Source: Eledone cirrhosa (Eukaryota). Taken from it: a stretch of DNA of 64,000 bases. Shown one piece after another: positions 40,245-54,500 of the stretch. The stretch is taken from positions 220,782,001 through 220,846,000 of the forward strand of contig OZ024743.1 in NCBI GenBank assembly GCA_964016885.1. The letters run 5' to 3'. Numbering within the stretch: position 1 is the first letter of the stretch; each line of letters begins with the position of its first letter. Both the position numbers and the translations under genes were made by a program. The notes below the pieces were generated by a model, which saw nothing but the letters and a program-made list of their open reading frames with translations, did no database searches and was not told where the DNA came from.

Positions 40245-40495
40245 TAAACGGAAAAGAAAATGCTGACAAATTGTTCACAGTGAAAAATAGTTTAATTAGG
40301 AATAAGTGAGAATTAGTAATAGTATTGGTTAGTATTCAGTTTTGGTTTTAAGTTTTACCGGTTGCGCATTTCTAATGCTTTTCAAAAATAATTTTGAGAT
40401 AGAGCGTCCGTTTTTCACTGTGAACAATTTGTCAGCATTTTCTTTTCCATTTACCAATATATCATAATTTGTGTGTTACACCTCTATTCTTTTAA
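40241..40495. repeat. (TA)n-embedded insert with 47-bp inverted repeat
   Basis: 40241-40287 and 40411-40457 are reverse complements (1 mismatch). Confidence 0.85.
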
Positions 40496-40568
<73 letters not shown>

Positions 40569-40984
40569 ACCAGCTTCTACACAGGTCCTAATAATAAGTC
40601 AACCCAAGTCAAACCAAGGCTACAGTAGAACAATATTGCTCAAGAAGTCAGGCTGTGGAACAGAACATGAAACTACGTGTTTGGAAAGTGAATTCCTTTG
40701 CATCCCATCCATGACTGCGTCAATCTTGTAAATATATTTTACATGATAACCAATAGCGATTAGTAGCGAGCTTCGGAAAGCAGAAGGAAAAGTAAACAAC
40801 ACACATTCATGTTCGTTAATGTATTTGGGATAAACATAGATATTACAAAATAATTTTCATTCTACTAAAATATAAACCAATTTAGCAAAATCAACCAAAT
40901 ATATAATGGTAATTTACTTTCGAAATATACGTGAAAGTAGTCTTATGTACGCGCACTGACACATGCACACACACACACGCATAC

Positions 40985-41660
<676 letters not shown>

Positions 41661-41810
41661 AGACCTATAGTACAGTATTCAATTATATTTAGAAAGTAAA
41701 ATTGTATTATTGTGTGTGTTTTGCGCAGAGTTCTTTTATTCGTTTACAGGTTTCAGTTATTGAGGATATTGTATTCGATCACAGATACAGTTATACATAC
41801 ATATATAAAA

Positions 41811-41855
<45 letters not shown>

Positions 41856-42214
41856 TGTGTGTGTGTGTGTGTATTAGTATGAGAGCGCGTATGCTTACAT
41901 AAATGCACACATACACACACACGCATACAGCTAGATGTATATGTGTGTATGTATGTGCGTTTTATTAAATGTAATTTGAAATGAGAATGCTTCCAGTCCA
42001 ATTGACAAAAATACAATTCATTATTTCTAATAATATACAATACAAACTTTTCCAATAATCATCAAAAGTAATGAAGAAAAGTATACAAAAACCAACATAT
42101 AAGCTACGTACATATCACGACAATGTATTAACGTGTGGATTCGTATTATTTTCCACCAGCTCCACTTGGGATTATATAGTCATAGATAGATCATATGTGT
42201 AATATATGTGAAAT

Positions 42215-42490
42215 ATATATAGACCTATATATGTGTTTATGTGTTATTGTCTATATAGACCTATATGTGGATTCATACGTTATTGTCTATATAGACTTAT
42301 ATATGTGTTTATGTGTAAATGTCTATATAGACTTATATATGTGCTTATATGTTATTGTTTATATAGACCTATATATGTGTTTATGTGTAAATGTCTATAT
42401 AGACTTATATATGTGCTTATATTTTATTGTCTATATAGACTTATATATGTATTTATATATCAAGGACTATATAGACTTATATGTATATGT
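42215..42490. repeat. 36-bp minisatellite, about 8 units
   Basis: TATAGAC(C/T)TATAT recurs every 36 bp from about 42218 to 42470. Confidence 0.9.
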
Positions 42491-42646
42491 GTATTATAAC
42501 TTATTGCAAAACCACAAGTTTGAATTGACAGTAATCATACATGTAAAAATGAAATTTTTCGTTATGTCACAAATGTGGTTAAATATACGTGATATATCTA
42601 ACTGACTAACGTCTGTACCTATATAGGAATCTATATTTATCTATAA

Positions 42647-42829
42647 GGCGGTGGATTGGCAGTATCGGTAGAGTGTCAAACCCCATGCTTTCCAGCATAG
42701 TTACGTCCCTTAACGATCTGAGTTCAAATCTCGCTGAGGTTGACTTTGCCTTTCATCCTTACGGGGTCGATAAAATAAAGTACCAGTAATGCACTGGGTA
42801 ATTGCTGGCCTTGTGCCAAAAAGTAGAAA
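42647..42829 (+). mobile_element. tRNA-derived SINE (family S1)
   Basis: A/B-box head and S1 core; candidate TSD TATATTTATCTA on both sides. Confidence 0.9.
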
Positions 42830-42993
42830 ATTATATTTATCTACACAGACATATCCTATGGATATGTCACACACACACATATATATATATATGTGAATAT
42901 ATATATGAATATGTATATATATATATATATATATATGTATATTTATACGTAAAGATAGCGAGAGAGAAATATGTAGAGAGATAGACAGTAGAT

Positions 42994-43033
<40 letters not shown>

Positions 43034-43070
43034 TCATGTGTAAAGACAGCGGAAGAGATAGACAGTAGAT

Positions 43071-43127
<57 letters not shown>

Positions 43128-43632
43128 TAAATATATTATATAGAGACGGAAAGTGTGTTAGTTATTAAAACGTATTTATTTCCTGCATTCAATGCAATAT
43201 ATTATGTATTATTAAATCGTAAGTCTAAAACAAACATATTTATTGTTGGTTGATTAAACAGCTATGTACAAGTACGCCAAATCTATATGAAACCAAACAA
43301 CGAATCTTTAACCATAAATCTACGTGTTGAATTTCTATTATATTACCATATTGTTATATTGGTATACAAATTGCAAATTAGCTAATAAACAATACATATA
43401 TATGTACATAGACACATTGACATGCACACACACACATACACACAAACACACAAACACACACAAACGTAAAAACGCATAGATATTTTTTTGTGTTTGTGAA
43501 TGTGTGAGTGTGTGCATGTACGTATACATTAATGTCTTTAGGTATATAAAGATATATATTTATATATATATATATATATATGTGTCCTTGTTTATATACA
43601 TACATTCATATATATATGTATGTATAAATGTG

Positions 43633-43760
<128 letters not shown>

Positions 43761-44160
43761 TTCATTAGTTAAGGAAAACAAGACCACACATTTCACAAGG
43801 AAGACGTTATTAAAAGATTGTCAACATAGTTTTAGTTTAATGTAAGGAATGTAGAGATTAATAAGAATAATATTAATAATGTCCGTTTACAATTGTTTCG
43901 CTACTCCATATAATGTTTCTGGATCAAATGATTATAGATCATTATTGCTCTGGTTCAGTTGAAGATAATTAACTTAGGTAAAATTGGAGCATCTCATCGG
44001 AACTTCAAAAGGAATATAAATTAGAATAAAGAAAGAATGTTACATGAATGTAATGTTACATATGTTGGTATTTCATATGGTGTCCTGGGTATATCTATTG
44101 TCTGCCATAGGTGAGCAATATTCTTCAGTCGAGGCTGCATTATGTGAGATCTGCTTATAG

Positions 44161-44347
44161 GGCGGTGGATTGGCTGTATCGGTAGAGGGTCGGACGCCAT
44201 GCTTTACAGCATAGTTACGTCCCTTAACGATCTGAGTTCAAATCCCGCCGAGGTTGACTTTGTCTTTCATCCTTACGGGGTCGATAAAATAAAGTACCAG
44301 TAATGCACTGGTAAATTGCTGGCCTTGTGCCTAAAGTAGAAACAATT
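44161..44347 (+). mobile_element. tRNA-derived SINE (family S1), full length with TSD
   Basis: GGCGGTGGATTGGCTGTATCGG...GAGTTCAAATCCCGCC; TSD GTGAGATCTGCTTAT at 44144-44158 and 44350-44364. Confidence 0.93.
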
Positions 44348-44374
44348 ACGTGAGATCTGCTTATGGGTAACAAG

Positions 44375-44454
<80 letters not shown>

Positions 44455-44604
44455 ATGTATATATATTTATATATATATGTATGTATATATATATATAAAT
44501 GAAGTAATTCCGTCGGAAAGGTAAAGGAAATGTAGAGTGCTCAACTTATCGGCTTTCAAGAAACCACTGGTAAATGAAATAATTATCTTATGTTGTTTAT
44601 TACA

Positions 44605-44653
<49 letters not shown>

Positions 44654-45103
44654 CTATTTCTCCCATTTTGACGCTATAGTCACTTATATATTATGGAATA
44701 CTGTTGGCTTTTTGCTACAATATTTTCTAGACCTTTCATGTATATATATATTTATATATACATATATATATAAATATATGTGTGTATGTGTGTGTGTGTG
44801 CGTTTGTATAATTGTAAGTAGGTTTCTGATGGATATTAGTGATTTAAGATCGGCATGGTTAATAATCACAAGACTTCGTGATTTCCAGCATCTTTTTCAG
44901 TCAAAACTAACTGGATATCTCCATTTATATAACATTGCATATATAAATATATACAAATAAAAGGCAGAGTTAATAACTCATTCTGATACCTTGTAATTAA
45001 CAAGCTCAAAGTATAAATACTGAGCATTTCAATAATATATGTAGAAACAAATGTGGTATTTCAACCCTCGTAATTTTAAGCACACGATTTACTATATATA
45101 TAT

Positions 45104-46130
45104 ATATAAAGGTTTACATATACATAAAGTTATAGATATATATATGTTGCAACCGGTCACTTTTAAGTTCTATGAAGAATTAATAAATTAAATAATCAGA
45201 GCAATATATCATAAATCATGTCCTTAGAATTATTAGATAAAATATATACTATTTCCTCTTCTAATTGGCATAATTAAACATATGAAAAATCAATTGGATA
45301 AATAATCTATTGGGGCCACCGCGAAGAGGCCCCTTTCAGTTATTTGTCGGAGATTTCTTCATAAGAGCCTTTCTTCTTATAGCTTGGTCTAATTGATTTT
45401 TCATATGTTTAATTATTTTAATTAGAAGAGGAAATAGTATATATTTTATCTAATAATTCTAAAGACATGATTTATGATATATTGCTCTGATTATTTAATT
45501 TATTAATTCTTCATAGAGCCTAAAAGTGACCGGTTGCAACATATATATCTATAACTTTATGTATATGTAAACCTTTATATTTAATAATCTCCCGTTAGGT
45601 TGAGATTCAATTTGGCGATATTTGGCTGCGCTTTCTAGCAGCAAGCCTACCCGCCGTAAGCAACCAATCACATTCTTTCTAACTTGACCACAGCCACATA
45701 GCGATTCTTAGCCATTTTTGAATCTAATTTTGGCGCGATCGGATTGGAAAACTAGATGTCTGATTTTGAGTTTGTCCCCTGATGAATCCTAACTCAAGAC
45801 ATTCCTATTATTTGGATGTCTAAAAATACCGATGAAACCATGGTAGAGATATAATTACGGTATGTACACATTTCTTCTAAGTTTAATTTTACACCTAATT
45901 GTGTATGGTTGATGATATATTTAGTCAGTTTCTACATGCTGTCGAAATGTTGGATAAATAATCTATTGGGGCCACCGCGAAGAGGCCACTTTCAGTTATT
46001 TGTCGGAGATTTCTTCATAAGAGCCTTTCTTCTTATAGCTTGGTCTAATTGAATTTTCATATGTTTAATTATGCTAATTAGAAGAGGAAATAGTATATAT
46101 TTTATCTAATAATTCTAAGGACATGATTCA

Positions 46131-46137
<7 letters not shown>
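45104..46137 (+). mobile_element. Non-coding hammerhead-bearing element: ~1.3 tandem 656-bp units with an inverted 5' segment
   Basis: 45294-45481 repeated at 45950-46137; 45104-45295 is the reverse complement of 45391-45580; (TA)n on both flanks. Confidence 0.9.
45774..45850 (+). ncRNA. Type I hammerhead motif, predicted cleavage after GUA at 45845
   Basis: GTCCC-CTGATGA-ATC...(hairpin AGACAT/ATGTCT)...GAT-GAAAC-CATG-GTA-GAGAT; palindromic ACCATGGT; one stem I mismatch. Confidence 0.78.
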
Positions 46138-46220
<83 letters not shown>

Positions 46221-47548
46221 GTATATAATATATTTGTATATATATATCTATATAATTTTTACACATCTATCTATATATATATCTTTAGCTACTTTCTGGA
46301 ATGATGAATATTCCTTATGTATATGGACCAAAGAAATTATGTATCTACAGGTATTTCCATTGTTGATGGTATATATATATCGATCACAATTCCTAGCAGA
46401 GGTCTCACATGTCTTGCTGTGAGATGAAGCGGAATTTGAACTCAGAAGGCACAGAAACGGCAGAAGTACTGCAAAACACCTTGCTCGAAGGTTTTAATAA
46501 TTCTACGAAATTACTACCCCTTGATCCAGAACGGATAATTGATAAATTGGCATCAGTGAAATTTGAACACCAAGTGTAGAGAGCTGGAGCCATTACCTAG
46601 TGATTTAACCCGATGCTCCAGCAACTCTACTAATTCATCGCCTTCTCCCGACTCTGCCAATTTACCGCCTCAATTCTCAGTGAACGTTCCAGATTTAACA
46701 AGGATTAAATGAAAAATATATGGTTAATCAAGCAGAGAAAAAAGATGAAGCATTGTTGATGTGTAGACAGAGAACAGACATAAAGGGTAAAAGTATTCGA
46801 TAAGTTTATAGACTCTGACAAAAGGACTCTGGTAATTAATTAATTGGTTGATTAACCAACAGACAGAAAAATATATGGTTATATTTTAAAACAAAACCAA
46901 GTAGGCAAATACAAAATGTATGCATGTGAAGTCGAGTGGCTAGTGTTATTTATGTTGCTCTATAGCCCTAGGTCAGTCATCACTTAGCAAATGAATGATC
47001 AAAAGTTATACACATACGGTCTTGTATCACTTATTTCATTATCAGAACTACAGGAGGCTATGTATTGACAACGATGGAGCAGGAGACGAAATAATTTGCT
47101 CTATCTGTTGTAGCTCATTATGTGCTGCGTTCAAATTCCATCAAGGCCAACCTGACATTTAATTCTCCCTGTGTCAATAAAATAAAATACCAGTGAAATA
47201 CTGGTGTCGATGTAAACGACGTATATAGTAATCCTTGCTATCAGTACTACAATATCCAATATCCCACCTTTATAAAGGTGGTAGATGATGATTTGGTTGT
47301 TATTTTTAATAGACAGGATGACCATATAGTCTCCTTCCATATACGAAGCAGTGAACATTTGAGGAATATATTTGAACTTTGGTACGCGTACCTTCGCCGA
47401 TGCCGTCTGATAATACTCAACGTGCGTTCAAGTGGAGGCGCGTCACCCAGTGGCTAGGGTGTTTTTTCTTTCAATCACTATGTCGTAGGTTTGATTTCTG
47501 GAGTGAACGGAGCGTTGTATTCTTGAAAAACAAAACATTTGCGTATTC

Positions 47549-47638
<90 letters not shown>

Positions 47639-47659
47639 CCGATATACGCATATGTGTAT

Positions 47660-47701
<42 letters not shown>

Positions 47702-47810
47702 GTCGACATATATTTTCAGGTGTAAGTTATGGACAAGCTTGAAGGATAAAAAGATGTGCGTGTATGCATATAACTATATATATGTATAATATGTATATAT
47801 ATAACTATGA

Positions 47811-47870
<60 letters not shown>

Positions 47871-47872
<2 letters not shown>

Positions 47873-48073
47873 AATAGTATGTACGTATAACTAATCGAAT
47901 GCTTCAAATTAATCTATTTTGCCGTCTTGTCGGTGTTTTTGCGTTTAGTGTTTTCTTGGTTTAATATAAAATAATAATATTAAATCAAGAAAACACTAAA
48001 CGCAAAAACACCGACAAGATGGCAAAATAAATTAATTTGCAGCATTCGATCAGTTATACGTACATACTATTGG
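47871..48073. repeat. Near-perfect hairpin, 97-bp arms, 9-nt spacer
   Basis: 47871-47967 versus 47977-48073, about 5 mismatches; starts at the end of a (TA)n tract. Confidence 0.92.
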
Positions 48074-48081
48074 ATATGTGT

Positions 48082-48267
48082 GCGGTGAATTGGCAGTATC
48101 GGTAGAGGATCGGACGCCATGCTTTACAGCATAGTTACGTCCCTTTACGTTCTGGATTCAAATCTGGCCGAGGTTAACTTTGCCTTTCATCCTTACGGGG
48201 TCGATAAAATAAAGTACCAGTAATGCACTGGGTAATTGCTGGCCTTGTGCCAAACGTAGAAACAATT
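48082..48267 (+). mobile_element. tRNA-derived SINE (family S1)
   Basis: S1 head and core with (ATT)n tail. Confidence 0.9.
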
Positions 48268-48827
48268 ATTATTATTAGTAGCAGAAAACCACCTTTTGGT
48301 GGTTTTCTGCTAGCATGTCTAGTGTACATATTGATATTATACACAGATATATATGCATATAGATATGATACGTCAAATAAAATCGTAATTGACAATAAGT
48401 ACAGAAATTGAACGAAGTCTGTGTTACACTCTCTTCTGTAATCAGTAAAGTAATCCATGATACATTAAAAAAAGATAATATTCTATATAAACTGCATATA
48501 TGATAAACTAAAATGCTATGAAAAAGGAGAAAATTAGCGACGGAAATAGAAATTTAATATATATGAACGTTTGTATAAGCGATGTGATGAGTGTTATGAT
48601 ATAACGGACGCTAACCGGAAGTCTTGACACTTCAAAATTTTAAAGAAGTGAATGTTAAAATAAGCAATGCTTTATATATAAGAATATTTATCTTTAATGA
48701 AGAGCTACGAAATTTAGTAGATAAATTACATAATATTCATTCATTATTTATTCAAAGTAATCCAACTTATTTTACTAACGCGATAAAAAAATATAGAACG
48801 GACGCCGTCCCGCACTCCTCCCTTTAT

Positions 48828-49365
48828 TATATTCCTCCTTTAACGAAGAGGAAAGGCAGGCAGTTTTCATCTGCCTGGTGGCCATGGTGAAAGAGATTGT
48901 GTGGTGGACAAGGTTGAAAGGGTTGAAAACGGACACTTTCCTCTCCGGCCAATCCCTGATTAACTTTTTCAAGTTTCAATTGAAGAGGAAAATCAGGGTG
49001 GAGAGGCAAGTGCTGTCTTCTAGTAAGTTTGTTGAAAGGTGGGTGAAAGTGGCGAGTCTGGTCCGAGTGAACGGGCCCGTTCTGAGTATACGCCTGTAGA
49101 CTGAAGAGAGGGAAAAGTGAGAGAGGGGGCTTGCCCTGGTGGTCAGGGTGGCCGGGGTCTTTTGTGTGGTTTTCACCACGAGTGACCCTTCGGAGGTCTC
49201 CCCCTTCTTGGGGAATTTTTGTTGTTCGAATTTTTTTGGATTTCTAGCCCGATTTTGTTATAACCTGTTTACACGACCAAAACCCACTTTGTATCGTCCT
49301 GTACTGTTCTGTGCCGTCTCTAATGTTTTTCTTCGTGTCAGTCCTTGTGGCCAATAAAGAAACCA
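48828..49365 (+). mobile_element. 3' fragment of (ATT)n-associated Tx1-like LINE
   Basis: AMVKEIVWWTRLKGLKTDTFLSGQSLINFFKF...IRL*; ends CCAATAAAGAAACC then (ATT)n. Confidence 0.9.
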
Positions 49366-49387
49366 TTATTACTATTATTATTATTAT

Positions 49388-49998
49388 TCCGGTTATCGAC
49401 TGAGTCCATTGTGCAGATGGTCTCGCCGTCTTCCTTCGAGGAGGAAGGGCAAGCGGTTTTCTTCCGCCTGGTGGCCATGGCGAAAGAGATTGTGTGGTGG
49501 ACAATGTTGAAAGGGTTAAAGACAGATACTTTCCTCTTCGGCGAATCCCTGATTAACTTTTTCAAGTTTCACTTGAAGAGGAAAATCAGGGTGGAGAGGC
49601 AAGTGCTGCCTTCTAGCAAGTTTGTTGAAAGGTGGATGAATGTAGCGAGAATGGTCCGAGTGAACGGGACCGCTCTGAATATACGCTTGTAGTTTGAGGA
49701 ATGGGAAAAGAATTGAGAGAGGGCGCTTGCCCTGGTGGTCAGGGTGGCCGTGGTCTTTTGTGTGGTTTTCGCCACAAGTAATCCTCGGAGGTTTCCCCCC
49801 TATTGAGGAATTTTTCATTGTTTCAATTTTCATTTTTATTGTTTATATATATATATGTTTCTATGTCTTTTTTTCTTTTCTTATATAAATAATAACAATC
49901 TTTACACGCACAAAACCCACATCGTATCGTCCTGTACCGTCCTGTGCTGTCTGTAATGTTTTTCTTGATATCAGCCCTTGTGGCCAATAACGAAATCA
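49388..49998 (+). mobile_element. Second 3' fragment of (ATT)n-associated Tx1-like LINE
   Basis: RLSTESIV...AMAKEIVWWT...IRL*; begins at the previous (ATT)n tail; ends CCAATAACGAAATC then (ATT)n. Confidence 0.9.
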
Positions 49999-50024
49999 TT
50001 ATTATTATTATTATTATTATTATT

Positions 50025-51555
50025 GATATTAGCGATAAAGACGAACAGTTGGCCCAGGCGTGGAGGCTAATTAAACGGGAGAAGTCCTAGGCAAAACCTG
50101 ACCATCCCGGACGGGGCAATAGTGGCCATGCAAAGGAGGACGGTGTACTTTCGATGCATTTCGGTGCAGACACGAAAAGTGGAACTTGCCAGCCAAGGCT
50201 GCTTTGGAGTGCATCGGAAGTGACATGGGGTATAAAGCAAGAGCCAAACAGTACAGTACCATCTCGGTACTGTTCAAAACCAAGGCCCTTGCTATTAAGC
50301 ACTCGGTGACCCCCTGCAGAACGGAACACATTATCATGCACCCGTCCTACAAGGGTAAAGGGACAGTAAAGGTCGCATTCCCAGCATCCCACCAGGAATG
50401 AACATATGGTGGCTGCTGGGATGCGTAATCGAGGAAGGGACAGACACTACCCTCCTGAGAGGACTGGTCCGGAATGAATTTGGAGATTCTTCTCCAAATG
50501 AAACCGGAGGACATGAACAACATCACGGATTTTGCCCACCTGCAGGACGGGACAACAATCCAACTAATCACTGAGGGAAGAAGGCCACACTGATTCGTCT
50601 GCGGGGATGCAACGCATCTGCAAACCTTCTGCCCTCGGCGCAAAAATGCAGGGGGTTGCAAACCTCCTTTGTTGCCAACGCCAGTGTCAGCACGGAAAGC
50701 TGCACCACCACCACCAAAAACAACACCAACAAAAACACGGACACCAACATCAAAAATCGCCAGACCACCACCAACACCGAAACCAATCCAAGGGGAAAAC
50801 GAGGAAAGCTCTCACACTCCCCACATAACCCCCCCCCCCAATTATATACGTAGACAATAACCACACACACACAGACACAGAGATACTCACAGCCACAGAC
50901 CCGTTGTCTTCCAGCAGCGAAGATGAATGAAAACCCAAAAGTGCAAAAAGAAACAGAGAGAACTCACAAAAAAAGCCCCAACAAAACACAAAAACATACA
51001 CAACAAAAAATACAGACACCACTAATGCAAAAACTTCCCCAATAACATCAGCATCAACAGCAACATCGACACCACCCCCACAATCCCCGAAACACAAACA
51101 ATCTAAACAAACACAAGTACAAATAAACACAAACACCTGAAATTGCAGACACCACACCTACAACAAACACAGACATACCCGAAACAACACCACCAAAACC
51201 ATCACCACCACAGTCACCAAAACGAAAACAAATAAAACCACACCAACAAAATGTTAAAAACTTCGTGCTTGTCAGAAGGGCCAACGATTAACTGATGGCC
51301 CTCTTAGCACGAAGTGAGGACATTCAAACAGAGGGGGAGATTTTTGAAATGAGCATATTTTGCTCGCCAGAAGATTTGCTTCTGGTTCGAATGTCACTCG
51401 ATTCCTTCAAAGAAATTCGAGAGAGCTTTCCTCAAGACGTGGGAACCCCGAATGTGAAACCCACATCGAGACTTTTAAAGGGGTTCCCAAAAGAAACCCC
51501 ACCAGCCATGGGGGTCGAACCACCCAACCTTCACAAGACCCCGGGAGGTAAGTAA
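50025..51555 (+). pseudogene. ORF1 (gag-like) remnant, 5'-truncated, with stops
   Basis: 50591-50632 reads *FVCGDATHLQTFC = CX2CX4HX4C with the first Cys codon as TGA; followed by a Thr/Pro/Lys-rich low-complexity region. Confidence 0.7.
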
Positions 51556-51584
51556 ACCTTCCCTCTCTCTTTTAGCTTGCCAAC

Positions 51585-54500
51585 ATGGCCATATTAAGAG
51601 TAGGAAGTTTAAATGTTCGTGGTCTGGGGTCACCCTGGAAGCAGGGTCGCCTGCTCAACGACCTCAGGTCGCTGGAAATGGATGTGATTGCCGTCAGCGA
51701 GACCAGAATTTCCGACACGCGCGCACTAGCCCCCATTTTCGACGACTATCAGATCTTCGCATCTGTTAGCAGGCCGGGAATGGTAGGTGGGGTGGCAGTG
51801 TTGTTTAAGGTCGATCTTCCGGGACCCGGACGGTAAGTTGGTGGTCTTGGATGTGAGCGGTAGCGAAGGCGGTGTCTTTAGACTGCTGGCCGTCTACGCC
51901 CCTATAGGGGCCGGACGACCGGACTTCTTTAGGTGCCTGGAGACCTTTCTGGGTACGTCTCACCCTTTACTGTTAGCGGGGGGGGGGCTGGTATGGCATC
52001 TTAGACGCACTCTGGGATTGTGTGGGAGTAGCCGATAGGAGCGGGGGGTGCAAAAGCCTCAAGCACCTACTCAGCCAGTTCTAACTGTCTGACAGGTATC
52101 GACTAGATTTCCCCAATGTGCCAATATGGACATGGACCAACCGAATGGGGTCATCTAGATCGTATATAGACAGGATCTTCATTAGGAAAATAGATAGAAA
52201 TAGTGTAGGCTGCCCACTTTTTAAAACGGTCGCCTATTCAGATCACAAATTTGTGATCTGTACGGTCGACCTAGATCAAACGCATAGGTTAGGACCGGAT
52301 TACTGGAAGCTGAACATGTCATTTCCGGCACGTAAGGCTTACAGGGACCGAGTCAACAATTTAGTTACGCAAAAGTTTACAGGGGGGATCATCAATAACA
52401 GATGGTGGGGGGCTCTCAAAAGAGAGATTAGAGTAACTTCGATAGAGTTCAGCAAAGAACTTGTGTTAGAGAAAAATAGAAATAGCTGGTAGATAAGTTA
52501 GACGAGGCTATTTGTAGTGGCATTGCAACTGACGTGCTAGCGGCAAGAATGGCATTGGACCATTTCTTCAATGCGAAACACGAAGGTTGCATTGTCAGAG
52601 CTAAGGCGCGTGCGCTGAGAAACGAGGGAACCAAAGCTGTTCGATGGGCCCGCGTGGCGCGGGCGCAGCGTGGTAATAAAACCACAATTCGGTGTTTGGC
52701 GGACCGAGACGGACACGAGATAAGCGATTCCAAGCGGATGTGTGAGGCCTTTCGCAAGCACTTTGCTCGGTTGTTCGGGGAGAGTGGCGAGTCAGAGAGA
52801 GTAGCGGATTTCAGTCCCTACCTTGACGGCTTGCCGCGCATCTCGACAGTCGACGCTGAGCGCTACGAAAGGCAGATTACTTCAGCCGAAATTCAGGACG
52901 CCCTTGTCGGCTGCATGAGGCGCAAGTCACCCGATTTAGATGGCCTGCCCTACGAGCTTTACGTAAATATGCCAGACTTGATCTCCGATCTCCTCGAAGC
53001 ACTCTACTGCAGCTGGCAGCAGAATGGGAGTATTCCCAGTTATGTGAGCAGGGGAGTGGTGACGCTGATAAGGAAAGACGAGAACAAGAGGGATACATTA
53101 AACAACTTCAGGCCCATAATTCTGCTCAACACAGAGTTTAAGATTTTGGCCAAGACGTTAGCAAAGAGATTGGCGCTTGTCGTCGAGGATTTGGTTGGGG
53201 AGGCGCAAACTTGCGCAATCCCAGCCAGGTCCATACACGACAATCTCCACCTCATGCGATACATCGTAGAGAGGGCAGGGTGTAAACCTGGCTTCGGTGA
53301 GGCACTGATCAATTTAGATCAATCGAAAGCATTCGATAGATGGACCATCGGTATCTGGAGTTTGTCCTCAAAGCAGTTGGCTTCGGCCCTGTCGTCAGAA
53401 GCTGGATCGCTGCAATGCACAGCAGCACACGCTCGGTCGTCAAGGTTAAGGCCACCTCTCGGAACCATTTCGGCTCTCCCGATCGGTCCGTCAAGAGTGC
53501 CCTCTCTCTTCCCTTCTGTACATATTGACTGAACGAGCCTTTACTGCAGAAGCTGGAGCTGTTGCAGGGCAGCCCGTTCTAACCGGGACGTGGAAAGGCG
53601 GTGTCGGCTTATGCGGACGACATCACCGTGATGGTGTCGAACACCTCAGAAATCGATGTGGTCGGCACCTTATTGAAGGAGTATGAAAGGTTGACAGGAG
53701 CCAAACTTAACCCGGAAAAGTCGGTGGGCTTGCAGCTCAGAACCTGGAGAGGCAGGCCCATGCCGTCCAACAGCATCGCGGGGCGCTGGACGAAGGGATC
53801 GGTAAAGTTGCTCGGGGTTTGGTTCGGACCAGACCTCCAGGTGGAAAAGAATTGGGAAGAGGTAACGAGCAGAGTAGCCAGTCTCACCCAAAAATGGGCT
53901 GGGAGGAAGCTATCACTGAAAGGTCGCGCGGAGGTGGCGCATGCGTGCATCGCGCCCGTCATCTACTACCGCCTGACCGTCGTGCCTTGCCCCCGTCCGC
54001 GCCTCGTCAAGTTGGAACGGCTCCTCTTCAAATTCTTGTGGAGGGGACAAGTTCCGTTGGTGAGGCGGTCCATCTGCTGCCAGCACCCTCTACGCGGAGG
54101 GCTGGGCATGCCGTGGCTAATGATGCGCAGACACGCATTGAGGCTGCGACATCTCCAGATATTCTGCCTAAACGGTGAACAGGTGTGGTCGCCGTTTATT
54201 AGACGGGCCTTTCCGCAGCTCATTTCTTTGACTGAACTGCAGTCCTGGGTCAAGGAGAGACCTAGACTGGGTGACTGGCACCTGGAATGTTGTCAGGCAC
54301 TCACTGCCCTCTACCAAGCGGGCAATGCGATCAGTGGAACTTCCACTCTCGAGTTCTATAGAGGATTAGTGGTGGGCAAGTGCGATGACGCACTCGGAGA
54401 ACCTTTGGGCCTCGACGAAGTCGAACTGACCAGTCTGTACTGGAGGACTTTCGAGCCGGGGACGATGGACAATTTCCAGAAATCCCTCGCTTGGCATTGC

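Noticed and set aside
44161-44250. tRNA gene
   Set aside because: A/B-box-like motifs belong to a multi-copy SINE head with a TSD; no cloverleaf.
46297-46347. Further hammerhead relics here and near 4655-4680, 21180-21220, 34338-34375 and 63800-63835
   Set aside because: Each lacks or mismatches multiple core or stem positions; not distinguishable from chance by eye.
50591-50593. TGA at first Cys of ORF1 zinc knuckle as selenocysteine
   Set aside because: The copy has many other stops and frameshifts, so a TGY-to-TGA mutation is simpler; no SECIS identified.
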